From: Rhodosorus marinus CCMP1338 | Lineage: Eukaryota; Plantae; Rhodophyta | Assembly: GCA_029953675.1 (NCBI GenBank) | Contig: JAMWBK010000010.1 | Span: 868,001 to 932,000 of the forward strand | Direction: 5' to 3' | DNA: 64,000 nt | Part shown: positions 25,578 through 37,699 of the stretch, in pieces | Layout of the letters: each line of letters opens with the position of its first letter | How positions within the stretch are numbered: the first letter of the stretch is position 1 | Program-made: the position numbers and the translations under genes | The notes under the pieces: generated by a model | What the model saw: the letters and a program-made list of their open reading frames with translations, nothing else | The model's database searches: none | Told to the model about the DNA's origin: nothing

Positions 25578-26945
25578 CCGTTCTTAAAAGCACAAGTCTC
25601 AAGCCCGCACTTCCTTCCGCAGATCACTCCACCCCTCAGAACCGTTCTTGTCAGTCACCCCAAAACGAGAGAACGAAACCAACATCAACCACACAGAATC
25701 TCGCTTTCATTCAGACGCTTTCCCCTCTCCCTCTCAAGCCGAAGATAATTTCTCAAAGCGTTCGCCGTTTGCGGAGCTCGGAACCCGAACAACCTACCCC
25801 CCACCCCACCCCCCAAAAAAACACTAGACTGTGAAAAGTACCCGAAGCAGATCTTGACACTCCGCACGTAGCACAAGAATCTGATGCTCCCGGCTCCCTC
25901 GATGCTTCCTTTACCACATCCAAAACTCCCCCCAGCCCACCCACGCTCAGTGACAATCTATCTCCCCGTGACCTTGAAACAGATATTTATCCACCACAGC
26001 AGAAACCAAAATGTTTCCTTGAAGAAGAAGAAGCAATGCACCCGCTCCCTCTTCCCTCCTCCTTCCGAACTGCTCCATTCAGGCTGCTCTGGAGATGTTC
26101 GATTCTTCCGGAACGATCGAATCTCTCCACAACTGAGGGTCTTCGATGCTGGTTGCTAAACTAAACTGTCCGTTGTGTCTTCCACACGAGTAGAAAAGCA
26201 AATCTGCAGCTTCGACGGACTGCTACAGAGTGCTTGTACCGCTGAGGAAACGAAAGAAAAAAAAACAAATGCAAACTTATCTATACTACTAACAAAGATA
26301 GCGCTACTACTCTCGAATGGGAAACAGAGTCCATGCGGGAGGCGTTGGCATGTGGCATGCCACACCATATAGCTGGCTATTCAGACCCACTCTCGCAGAT
26401 GCTTGTGCGCCTCAAGCCGAACGAGGCTCTCCTCCATGAAGCTTCTCTAGTAGATTCTTTGTCAATCGGCTAAAGCGGCGGGTCATTCTCTGACACGGAC
26501 AATGCTGACAATTGTAAACCCCGATCCGAGTAGGAAGTCGAGTCTGACTTACCTTTGGACGGCTGAGAAGGCTGTATTGAAGATTTAGTGAAGACTTCCG
26601 TGGACAACCCTTAACTAATGGATTCATGTTCTGCGTCATCTCACGCATGTTCGAGTTCTACCTATTTGAGTTGGTAATACAACAAAAAGGATTCCTTTGC
26701 GAACCCGCCCAACCGTGAGAAGCTTCTCACACATCCTCAGTTTAGGTTCAGATTTCCACACAAGGCAGGGAGCTTCGAAGCCCGCTTCGTTTGCAATAGA
26801 TGCTCTGGAGACAACTGCTCAGTTAATAGATTCAACCTGCCGGAAGCTTGTGTGCCTGACCGGCCTTTCCATTTCTTTTACCCAACAAATCATCAATAGA
26901 GTTGTTTTCTAAAGTATCTGAGACCGGGCCGCGGATTCTGGGCGC

Positions 26946-27435
26946 TCATCCACTTTCGTCCGATTGAAGCTCCAGCAGAATTGAACCGACCCTATTCGCG
27001 ACGTCATAAGGTCCGACGAACGCTTCTTTCATGTCATAGTCCATCAGTTCGGATCCGATTTTGAGGATGACATCCCCGACGTCAGCATCCTCGTTCGCCT
27101 CTCTGGTAGTTTTTGTTTTTAGTGGTGCAGAGACAAAGGGCAGGTGAGTCACAACCACTTCGAGCAAATTCCAAAGATTAAGCCAATACCAGTCTAGTCT
27201 TTTTTTCTTCTTCAGCTGGCTGATTTGCTTACTTCATTTCCGCGTATAGTTCAGCAGCTCTGCTACCCAACTTTGAATGAATATCCTGCGGAATATACTC
27301 CTCATCAAGCCAGGACGTGATTCCTCTTTGAATCATACCCTTCTCCAGTTTTAGGCGATCCGAACATCTGCATACTGACAATATGCTTCCAGACCTACCT
27401 CTTCCACCCGCCAAGGGATGAACGAATCCTAGCAT
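26946..27435 (-). CDS. Small conserved cyanobacteria/plant-type protein of unknown function with putative plastid transit peptide; 2 exons
   Basis: MLGFVHPLAGG... transit-like start; SWLDEEYIPQDIHSKLGSRAAELY | EDADVGDVILKIGSELMDYDMKEAFVGPYDVANRVGSIL. Joined by a GTAAGC...CCAG intron that keeps the frame. Confidence 0.7.
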
Positions 27436-28272
27436 AGTTGGCCGACTCTCCTTGTTTCTCTATCTCCACACTCCTCTCCGCTTACCAAAAGCTAGTGAAT
27501 GCCTCTTCCACCCTGCCCAATATGAAGCGTTTCGATTCCCCATGAGGGCCTCACGAGATCCATGGCTCGCGAGCTCAGCTAGCCCAGCCTTCCTTACGAG
27601 CAAGACGGTTAGACAAATTCCTGTTTCATGAGCGGGAACTGTACTTTGGAACAACACGTGAATGCATGTCGCGTTCAGCAGCCACCACAGGGCAAAAGAA
27701 CAACAGACGTGTTAACCATGGAGGATTCTGCGTACGGCGAAGGACAGAGCTGTATCCGTTGATGAGCAGTCTTATGAGCCCGGTGCTCGCAATCCAAAAG
27801 AAGCGAAACACAACTTAAAAGAAAAAGCAGGGTGAAGGTGCTCAGCCATGTCAAGAGGACTGAGGAGTGACCGTGTGACGGATTGCGAGGGGAACGCGAC
27901 CAGAGGATCTCCGCAACAAAGCTCGTATGGAATTGTCCCTTGTCCGCTGACGTGCTTCCCTTCATCCTGCAAACAGAGGAAAATACCTCCATTGCAAAAC
28001 ACATCTTTCAAAACCGTTGCTCGGTTTCCTTGCTCTTCAGAAACCAAAACCTTGGGACGAAGCGGGTCAGAAACGCATCGCCATTTCAACAGTCCGTTTT
28101 GTTTTTCCCTTGTTGTGTTCTAGTAGATTCCTTAGTTCCGCAAATTCAGTTAGCTTCAGTACACTCTACATTTTCGATCGGTCTAGGCTCGCTCTGTTCG
28201 GTAGACACTGCCCTTTTCACAGTAGGACAGCCGTCCGGCGGTCAGGATGCATACATTCGGGGATGTCCACAG

Positions 28273-30655
28273 TCATTGAGGCCTTACACGCTCGCCAAGT
28301 GTCATTCTAGTCTCCCGTTTTCTTCTCGAAGATTCCCTTCTTGACGCTGAAGTCTTGATGCCTTTGGCAATTCGAACCGCAGACATGTTGTCGGGTTTTG
28401 AACCCAACGTATGCGCCTTAATACCGTAGAGACGAGGTTGGGATATCGGTCGACTTTCCTCTTCATCTGCTGAACCTTCAACCTCACTTTCACCTTCAGA
28501 GCTGTCCATGCCGGCCCTGAGTCCTCTCGCATCCTCTTGTAGTAGCTTCATGGGGTCTGGAATATCTTCTTCCTCCTCCAGCTCAAGATCCGAGTCAACG
28601 TCACCATCATCAAGAGCGGGTGCATCATCCTGTGGGTGCAACCTTCTGTAACGAGCATCCTCCTCATCGACTTCGAAGACGTCGTCCTCGAACATGGCCT
28701 TGAAACGATTGTCCGTAATCGCCGCAGTGGCAGCCTTCGCAGCACCGCCCTTCTTCCTTTGGGCCTTCTTCAGTGCTTCGTCAATCACCCTTTGGTTAAC
28801 CTTAACCTTTCTGGATCTCTGTGGAGTCGAGATTCGAGACGATCGCTCCTCCTCAATCTTCTCCCTGATTTTCTGTTTTCTATATTGCTCATATGCAAAT
28901 GGCTCCGCAGCTTCCTGTGCCTTCCGCCATAGCCGAAGATCCATGAAATACCCGTGCATATACCCTCGAACAAGATTTGTTCCCACAATATGCTCCAAGT
29001 TCAACTTCTTAAGCTCGTCCATCGTTACAAACCGGTAGTTCTCGTAGACCGTGCTGTTTCCAGTTTTCGATGAGCCCTCCTCAAGTTCCTCTGTGAAGTT
29101 GTCAAGGAAAGAACACCACTTGGGCGCGAGACCCAGAGCTGGGACATAGTAGGAGAGCACGCGGCTGGTTTCTGCAGCGGCAATCACAAGACCAGAATCT
29201 CCAACCAGGCACAGGTGGTTAACATCTGCCTTCGGCTCCACCGCGAAAAGATTCTTCGAAGATTCGGTTCTGCTCCACGCTTTGATGCTCTTCGCGTCGC
29301 AGCTGATAACATGCTCACCATCCCGATGCATTTTCACGCTCCTGATGGGTAGTCCATAACCTAATCCAGAGTGCCACCCCCGAACTGGGTCAGTTGCAGG
29401 GAGGATTTTCCCATCGCTTGTTGTAACACTGCTGCGGCCCACCTTGTTCTTTAGTCACATACGGCTTTGATGATCTGATGTCATAGACCAGCACCTGACC
29501 AGATCCTGTACCGACCGTCAGGTTCAAGCCATGCTTGCTGTCAAAGCTCATTGCAGTTACTTCAGCTCCGATCTTAAGCGTACCTAGCGAAAACGACGTC
29601 GTCATCAAGAACAAACCGAGGCAGAGCTTTCAGACTAGCGCGTCGACGTTTTTACATTTTGTCCCAGATTACTGCACTCATATTCATCTTCATGGTGGTC
29701 TAGTAGAGATCTTCGAGGGTTAAGTTCGAAGTCTACCGTGCGCAAACACATGGAGCTGCATCGACTCACCTGCTGCTTTGTTTCTGGATAAATCTCTCGG
29801 ATCCCAGGCTTCGAGAACGCCGTCCTCACCGCCGAATGCCATGAGCTGGTTGATGGGGTTCACCGCGAGGCAGTTGTTTCCTCCACCGGCTCCAGACTTT
29901 GTTACTAGCGGAGCCATGAATTTGCCATGTTCCATGTTTAGTCGATAAACCTCTTCGCCTTCTCCACAGACATAGAGTTCGGAGCTGCTCGGGTGCAGAT
30001 GCATTTCACGTCCAAACCTCGGTACTCGGACTTTGTAGTAAAAGCCAGCCTAGCTTCGCAAACATGATTCTTTTCAGGAAAACAACCAAGAATGCAAGGG
30101 CAGAGGCCGCTTGCTGTCTGCTAAGACGTTTTTAGAGGAGAGATGGAGCTTACTTGAGAGTGGATTTCAATTACTCGACTAGCGAGGAGAAAAGCCAACT
30201 TCTTCCAGTCAGGTTCCAGGATGGCAAAATCCACAATTTCGCAGTCGAGATTGCGTTGAAACTTCATGGAGAGCTCATTGACTTCAAAGCACTTCACCAT
30301 CGGGGCATAGGTCCCAGTCACGAGCAGGAAGTTCTTATCCTGAAACCAAAGTGCAAAACATATTCAACAAACGATTTTGTGTGAGAACCATTAGTACAGC
30401 CTGAAACCCTTTTTGGAGGCTTTTCCTTCGACGAAGAGTTCCGCGGAAAAATACCTCGCTGAGTCTGACCTTATGAGAAACGCTGGGCATCTCGAAATCC
30501 TGCAGAATCTGAACACCAGCCGCGCTCGCTTTCGCTTCCTCAAGCCGGCGCTTTCTTCTCTCTTTTGCAGTAGCACTCTTCTGCCATGAAGGCAATTTGG
30601 ATGCACGTGAGGTCACCTCATAGACCTTCACGTCGTCTCCAACCGCCTCCACCAT
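28273..30655 (-). CDS. NOL10: Nucleolar protein 10 / Enp2 (WD40 + NUC153), multi-exon; 3' end approximate
   Basis: VKVYEV...LPSW, QILQDFEMP, TGTYAPMVKCFEVNELSMKFQRNLDCE, YYVPALGLAPKWCSFLDNFTEELEE, VYENYRFVT, RGYMHGYFMDLRLW, DNRFKAMFEDDVFEVDE. Confidence 0.95.
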
Positions 30656-31099
30656 CGCTGCCCTGACAAAAAAAAGAGCGATATCTGTGACGAAAACAAA
30701 AACCACACTGCCAAAGACACAGCGTCTCTACACTGAAAAATCAGTTGGTACCGTCCAGGGGATTGAATCTAGCTCTCAAGGTCTTCACAAGCCTTTCACC
30801 AACCGCACTTCCGCTTCCCTCCTGGCATCGGAAAAGTGCTCAACGGAAAAATTCTTCAATGTCAGTCACCGTCGATTGCGCCGACATCGATTGGGACAAG
30901 TCGATGGGACAAATGGGACACCATCGCACGAATGCTCAGGAAGTGCTTGAGGTGGCATTGCCAACTTCAAAACGCCCGTAACTCGTTGAATCCAGGCGTT
31001 TTGGTTTGGACTGCCGTTGGCATAGACTGAGTAGGTTTATCCCCCACGATCTTTTGTCTCTGGAGACCTTGTATAGCGGTTACATCCGGCTGTCGGTCA

Positions 31100-32004
31100 T
31101 TCATCATCTGTTTACTCCGAGCCTCACTACACTGAGAAGCGAGCAACAGGGCGCTGATGACAGACGTCTAACAAAAAAGCAGCGTTTGAACGCCAGAGGG
31201 TCAAGGACAGCTCCGTGATGAGGCTATCAACGCGCCCTGGGTTGCTGCGGAGAGAGCACGAAGCCAACGAGAACCTACCATGTCAACTAAGCCAAAGCAG
31301 TCACTGATGAATGCTCGGTCATTCCAGAGAGAGAAGATGTGTGAACTTTAACAAGAACGTCCCTGGTTTTGCCAACGTCCTTCCGATGACGCCGTGTAGT
31401 CATCGCGCGACTGGAATTTCTGGAACCCGTTTAATCTGCCGTAGAGATTCGGAAAAGTCAATACGCGTTTGTACAAGCGCTTTTTGGATAAAGGTCCACA
31501 CGCGCTGTACGTGGAAATATCCACGTTTTGCGAAAGTGAGAGTTTGGAATGAAAGTGCTGCGCATGCTGGTATCTCTACCAGTTCACTAATCTTCATCCG
31601 GCAATTTCGACGTTCTTCGTACAAGTTCCATAGGCATTCTCCTCCATTCTTGCCCTCACTTTGCCGTGATTGTAGGTACTCCTCAAGCGGTCCTAAACTT
31701 AGCAGAGGCAGTCGTGTCACATACGCACACTAGGCAAACAGCGAGGACTAGTCGGTGCGAAAAGTATTGACGGAACCAAGGGATAACCTTGGTTTCCGTC
31801 GCTTTCAGACCGACTCAGAAGCTTGTTTATTTGGGTGACTGTATCACCAAACCTAGCTTCCCCGCGTGGGAACCACAACACGATGTGCACTGTTACGTGC
31901 TCGCTATGCCTGCATCGTTCCAACAGATTCTGCCAGCACACAGACTTCTTACAGGCGGTGAGGTCATTTACAACCGGTCTTCGTACACACCAACGTTTTC
32001 CCAT
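31100..32004 (-). mobile_element. Degenerate, 5'-truncated non-LTR retrotransposon 3' end (possibly CRE/R2-type with RLE domain)
   Basis: One frame continues through scattered stops from ~31720 to 31109, ending ...SLITELSLTLWRSNAAFLL...GSE-stop, followed by a GATGATGAA tail. Upstream is a C-x8-H-x4-[F] zinc-knuckle-like motif (RCRHSEHVTVHIVLWFP). The last ~180 bp are homologous to 59672-59857. Clade assignment is an inference. Confidence 0.5.
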
Positions 32005-32285
32005 TCCACGGTTCCAGTGCCGCTGATATGTGTGTGTTTCTAGTTCATTGAGAAGCTCGACTTCGGTTCCCGTTGGGTTTCCAGCTTTCAGGAGCTAGCC
32101 TCTGGTCAGTTCGTTTAGAGCCCAACTGCTACTGAGCGATCGAGCCCACGCTTAGTCAAAGAGAGAGGGATGGAAACGGCGTTAAAGACGCAAGCGATCC
32201 CATCTAATCGTATAGCTCAGTATGTACATTTAGGTTTACAGTTTGCCCGTCGAGTTAGGTTAGCAAGAGGCGAGGCGAGGCGGTC

Positions 32286-34577
32286 TCAGAGAGTCACGAA
32301 GTGGGTGTAAAGGTGATCTCGAAAAGCAAAGTAGTCCTCGCTGAGGTTGGCCTGTAGATCAAAGTCGCCCACTCCCAGTTTTTTCATCGTGACTACGGCT
32401 CCAGACTCTTGGTTTTCTGTATAGAGCACACCAGCAGTTATCTCAGGCTTGAAGCTACTATCGCTCTGCTTCAGAGTCTGCTTCAGGATCGGAAGGCGCG
32501 CGTCGCCAACAAAGACCGTTGCGTGTCCGGATGAAGAACCTTCTGGCACGCTCTCCAGAATTACATCCTCACGGTCCTCCGACTGTTCTATGCGAATCCT
32601 TCCATGCACAAACGCGACTTCGCCATCCGCGATCTTCCTAAATCGAAGGCTATTGAACAAGGAGTCCGCTAGCTTCAGTCTATATACGGACGTGTCACTC
32701 GTCACGTCTACAGTCTCCTTCTTCGAAGGTGCGAAAACTGAATCCTGGCTCAGACCTAGGCCGTTGATCCCCATCTCTACTACAGCTCGAGTTTCTTCCT
32801 CCGTCCCGTGCACGACAATCAGCCGTCGTGGCGCGACCGCAGACATGAGTTCTTTCAATGAGATCCCGTCGCATAGCCCAGAGAAATCCCGGGTTACCGT
32901 TTCACATCGCACCACAATGTCTACTTGCTCCTCAACATACTTTTTGGGGATCTTTCTGCGTTCCTCTTCTTCAGAGTCCGTGACACCCTCCATCGCAAAG
33001 TTCGTGCGAATTGTGAGATCTTTCGGTTCATCATCATCCATATCATCCTCGTCCAGCTCTGCTGCGTCCTCTCCCTTCCTGAACTGTTCTGGATCTACAA
33101 TTTCTCCATAGTCGTCCCACTTTCGCTCCTTTTCCTGGTACGGGAACATTTCAAAGTGCTGTTTCTTCAGCGAGTCATATCCATCGTCTTCTTCGTCCTG
33201 ACTCGCCTCAGAATCCATCGGCTGTGGGTTCGCCTCACTGTCCATGGCATCAGGTTGGGAAGCCGTGCCTTCCTGGTTTCTTGCAGCGTCCAGTTCTTTT
33301 TGTCTCTGCGCTTCTCGCCATTCCTTCAGCTCACCACCTTCCAGTGGAACTCGCTTCTTAGTGGTCCTCGTGAGTCTCATCGGACCCTGCAAGCTCTTCA
33401 GCTCATGTGCAAGAGTACCCTTTTGTACACGGTCCACAAGCAGGACGAGATTTTTTGGGTCCTCAGCCCACTCCAGAAAGTACTGCAGGGAAAAGCCTAT
33501 CTCCATGGTTGGAAACGAAGCTAAAACAACTTTCGGAGAGGGTAAAGCATCGACATCGGCCTTCGTATGACAGAGGTGAACGTGTTTGAACTGAAAAGGG
33601 TTCTCACGTAAGAGGTCGAACCTACTTGAGACGGAGTCGGACATCCACTCGATCATGCTTTGCGCAAAATCAAAAGTATTAAACGCCACAGAATCCAGGA
33701 TAGCCACTGGGTACTGCGTTATCTTCTTCTGGGACCAGGCCTCATCGAATAAGAGCGCCACTTCGACAACCCTTCCAGCGGTGTCAACCGGTACCAGCAC
33801 ATTTCCCCCGCGTTCTAGCGCCTGGATTGCCGGTCCTGTGAGATCTAGCTTTGGAGTGATTCTAGTCAATGACTGAACACAACGCAAACGAAAATAACGA
33901 GTGGGTGAGTGCAAAGTCATTCAGCTCCAGGTCAAGTGATGTCTTACCTGAGAAGCTCCTAGAATCAGATGCGACGGCCTAGACAGGGAGAGCAACGCGG
34001 TGGGGTTCAGGTGACGTTCTTTTCGATGGTTCACGTCTACTGCATAGATGACTTCTTCCGTATCCTTCATTTCTTCAGTCTCCTTCTTCACCTTCCACAC
34101 TGTACCGCCGAGCATGTGTCCAGCGCTGTACGGGGTGATCACGATCCCATCGCCCTTCCCTGTCAAAGCGAAGGGCTGTTGGAACTTGAGCTGTGTTATC
34201 CTTTCAAAAGCGTTGTCCACATCATCCAGATCGAACTCATTGAAGTCTTCCTGCTCCTTCTTAGCAAGCACAGCGTCGTACATGAACATTTGTCCCATTC
34301 GCCAGACCGGAAGGGTCGCGAACACTGGCACATTCAACCCCAGCTTGCCCACGGCATAAGGCAGTGCTCCAAGGTGCATCACATCCGGATGCGAAAGAAG
34401 CACAGCATCAACCTGAGGAGCAATCGCCCTCAGCGGCTCCACCGTGTCCAGATTGAACCTCTCATCCCATCCACAGTCAAGCAGGACTTTATAGTTGTCG
34501 AGCTCCAGGACACCACTCAGTGCAAGCTCAGAGCTCTTCGCACCATACAATGGTGTAAACCTAACAATGGATGCCAT
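32286..34577 (-). CDS. CPSF2: Cleavage and polyadenylation specificity factor subunit 2 (CPSF100); 2 exons
   Basis: LLDCGWDERF, LLSHPDVMHLGALPY (catalytically degenerate MBL motif), YSAGHMLGGTVW, YAVDVNHRKERHLN, GGNVLVPVDTAGRVVE, MIEWMSD, KWDDYGE, DFSGLCDG. Confidence 0.95.
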
Positions 34578-34810
34578 TATAGATGTTTTATGTGCATCTC
34601 TCTAACGGATTTTCTATCCAACCTTCAAGTCCAGCACTTGATCACCCCAAAACGATCCAAGCCAGACATACATCCCAATTAACAAAAGTGACACTTATAC
34701 ATGCTTTGACTGTACTACACTGTAGGATGCTTGAATATTTCGTAAATAAAACAAAAACTGAATATGATTGTACTATCCGAATATCAGAGCTGATCGATTC
34801 TGACGAAAAA

Positions 34811-36248
34811 CTAAGGTGGTAATAGGGCACGCCCTATGCATATTAGGATACTAATTTCAAGGTTTTGCTCTAAAATGTGCCCTCTCTGCTGGTCAAATCG
34901 TCGATTCCAACTGCTGCGCTCAACTTTTGATGCCCTATATTGTGCCCTAGGCAAGCCCTATCGCCCTATGCCAAGGTGTTCTTCCGTGTGAACTCTGGGA
35001 GCGGATGAGGAGTTGGGAAATCGATGGGAGAGGGTGCGAGCTTGTAAAATGCTTCTGCTGGATGGTTAAGGGAGTAAGAACACTGAATATGGTTGAACAA
35101 GGGTGCTATGGCGGAGGTGTGGTTGAAGTACATCCGTCTGCGGTGTCGAACCTGACGTTTTAGCTATTGTTTTATCATGCACCCCTTGATCCAGCGAAGA
35201 GCTCTTCTTTTGTAGAGAGCTGGGATGTACTGAGCTTGTTCAACTCGTTCATTGTTGCAGTCGGTTGTAACCAGGAGAGTTGAGGTCGAGAGCTTCCCCG
35301 GAGAAGCTGGCTGCGGCATCTTTTTTCTTGGAGTTTTTATGTTTGGTTTGTGGCTTACCACACCCGTTTACCACGCGTTGAGACCTTTTTTTGCACTTTC
35401 TGTTGCGTCTCCTACTCCCACTTTTTGTATTAGTTTTCATGCTCTCAGGCTTGTTGTCTGAATATACAATGATGAGGATGTACTACTAGAAGTATCCTTT
35501 TTTTTTGTGAACATGGACTTTCTACTGCAGTCCTTTGATTCCTCGAATATTTCAGGACCTGTCCGATTTCCATATTGCTTGCGTTGGCCTGTGCAAAACT
35601 TTGAGAAGCGGATGCGGAAGGAGTGCTAAGTATCTCTTCGCATTCTCCCAGCCTGGATTTCTCCTCTAAGATCGTGTCCGAGATATCAGGATCAAGATGT
35701 GCTGAAGTATCGAACTCATCAAGATCTTCTGGCACATAATTTGTTTTCAAGTCTTCCTTTCCTGCTCCGTTCTGGGAGCCGGTGAGACCGTTGTTTGCCC
35801 GGTTCGCGTTGACTATACCTCAAAGTTTCAATCGTGTATGCAGTCGAAAGTTCATCATCATCCGTTCATTCAGAGCCCAAGTACCCCGAGGAAAAACGAG
35901 TGTTGCCTGAATTTCCGCTCAAAACTTTTCCCGCAAGCCCTTCCGGAAAGCAGGAAGGTCTCCTAGACTATGTACCGTATTGCGAATTTTAATTCAATAA
36001 TTCATTATATTGATAGGGCTTTCATAGTACGAACGTACTTCGAAATATGGAATTTTATAAACAAAAACAACACTAGAATAGGGCATGAATTAATAATATA
36101 TCTACGCATAGGGCAAAAAATGGCCCTATGGCCCTATGGAAGTGGTTCAGAATCGACGGGTACCGGTCGGTCGAGTTTTTTTCATTATGGAGGTGCCCTA
36201 TGGAAACCTTGACATAGGGCGAGCCCTATGGCCCTATTACCACCTTAG
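34811..36248. mobile_element. Non-autonomous TIR DNA transposon (~1.44 kb) with subterminal repeat arrays and unidentified internal cargo
   Basis: Perfect 18-bp inverted ends CTAAGGTGGTAATAGGGC (34811-34828) and GCCCTATTACCACCTTAG (36231-36248); this may include a TA target duplication. About 15 GCCCTAT/ATAGGGC motifs are confined to 34.82-34.97 kb and 36.01-36.24 kb. An inner inverted pair: TCGCCCTATGCCAAGGT vs ACCTTGACATAGGGCGA. No transposase motif seen. Confidence 0.85.
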
Positions 36249-36889
36249 CAAAAAGGAGCTCACGGTGACGATTAACCGAATTCCGTACTATTGTACTAGG
36301 AGCAAGACACGTACTAGCAATCGTGTGGCTCTGAAAAAAGGAAGAAAAATTAGGATTTCACAACCCCCGAGAAAGTTTACAAAACATGAACAACACAGCG
36401 TGGCTAAATAGTCTCGTAGCTGTCACTACCCATAACCCCCTAATAAAAATTCCCAAAATAGATATCTGAATTGGTTGTGAAAGACAAAAACATCCAATAA
36501 ATTATATTGCGCATATCAGAAAAATTGACGCTTACAAATGCCATTCGCGTGGTGGACCAAATGCAAATCAATTTTTACATCACAGTCACCACATACGCTT
36601 CAATCCAAAACACAATAATATCATTCTACATAAACTATCTAAGTATATATGCAATCAATATTAGTATATTTGCTTAATATTGAGATGACGCTTATGAAGT
36701 ATTTTTGAAATAGACAACAGCTGGTGCAGTGGAGATTGGGAATGGCATTTTGGAGGAGTTGCATTCAAGTTGCCAGGCTACGTTGGGAGGGGGAGGAGTG
36801 GGGCGGGTTGGGAGGGGAGAGAGGGTAAGAATTGGCTGAAAAGAGGTCCTTGTAGAAGATGTTTCAGTATGTCTGTCTGGTTCTATTAG

Positions 36890-37699
36890 ATGAAGATGGG
36901 GTTCATTGGTTTGCGAGTTTGTGGGGAGGGCCTGTTGGAGTTCAGGAAAGCGGGTGCGGTGTGCAGGGGGGGGAGGAAAGGGGTTTTGGTGACGGCTAAG
37001 AATGGCTCTCTGGAGGAAAGGCTGAATTCGGTTTCTTTTGGATATGAAAGGGAGCCGCTGCTGCGTGGTTTGCCTGGTAAGTGTGCAGGGTGTCCGGGGC
37101 GAGTACGCTGGACTTGCCCGAAGGGGCATGTGATCAACGCAGTGGAAGGGTCTCTGTGCTGTAAGATTTGTCCGGCTTGTTTAGTGGAGGATTCTCCTCT
37201 ATTGAGAAGAGAGAAAGGCGGGAAAAGTCGATTGTCACTGCAGGAGTTTAAGCTTTTGGCTGTGGAGAAAGGGGGTTTGTGTTTGAGTCATAAATACTAC
37301 AACTCGAAAACGCCACTCCGATGGAAATGCGGCAAGGGCCACGAATGGGAATCCACCCCTGAAAACGTGCGCCGAGGATCTTGGTGCCCGACGTGTAGAA
37401 AGGAGGAGAGGAAGCTAACCATCGACGATATGAGAAAGACTGCACAGACGTTTGGTGGGACGTGCTTGAGCAAAACGTATTCAAATATTAAGGAGAAGCT
37501 AACCTGGAGGTGTGCCAATGGACATATATTTGAAATGGCACCCAACAACATAAGGCGTTTCTCTGGATCTAGAAAACCGTCCTGGTGCAAGGAATGCAGC
37601 AAACAGGAGACGGTGACCAAGGTACAGCAGGCCAAGGCCGTGAAGACGATGCTCAAAGTTGAGCCGAACCGTACCAAGAAGAGTATCGTATCATCTTAA
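36890..37699 (+). CDS. Intronless protein with three zinc-ribbon/treble-clef repeats and a putative plastid transit peptide
   Basis: RWTCPKGH...CKICPAC; GGLCLSHKYYNSKTPLRWKCGKGHEW...RGSWCPTC; GGTCLSKTYSNIKEKLTWRCANGHIF...SWCKEC. N-terminus MKMGFIGLRVC... Confidence 0.8.
   Translation: MKMGFIGLRVCGEGLLEFRKAGAVCRGGRKGVLVTAKNGSLEERLNSVSFGYEREPLLRGLPGKCAGCPGRVRWTCPKGHVINAVEGSLCCKICPACLVEDSPLLRREKGGKSRLSLQEFKLLAVEKGGLCLSHKYYNSKTPLRWKCGKGHEWESTPENVRRGSWCPTCRKEERKLTIDDMRKTAQTFGGTCLSKTYSNIKEKLTWRCANGHIFEMAPNNIRRFSGSRKPSWCKECSKQETVTKVQQAKAVKTMLKVEPNRTKKSIVSS

Noticed and set aside
32449-33570. Several long plus-strand ORFs
   Set aside because: Antisense shadows of CPSF2.
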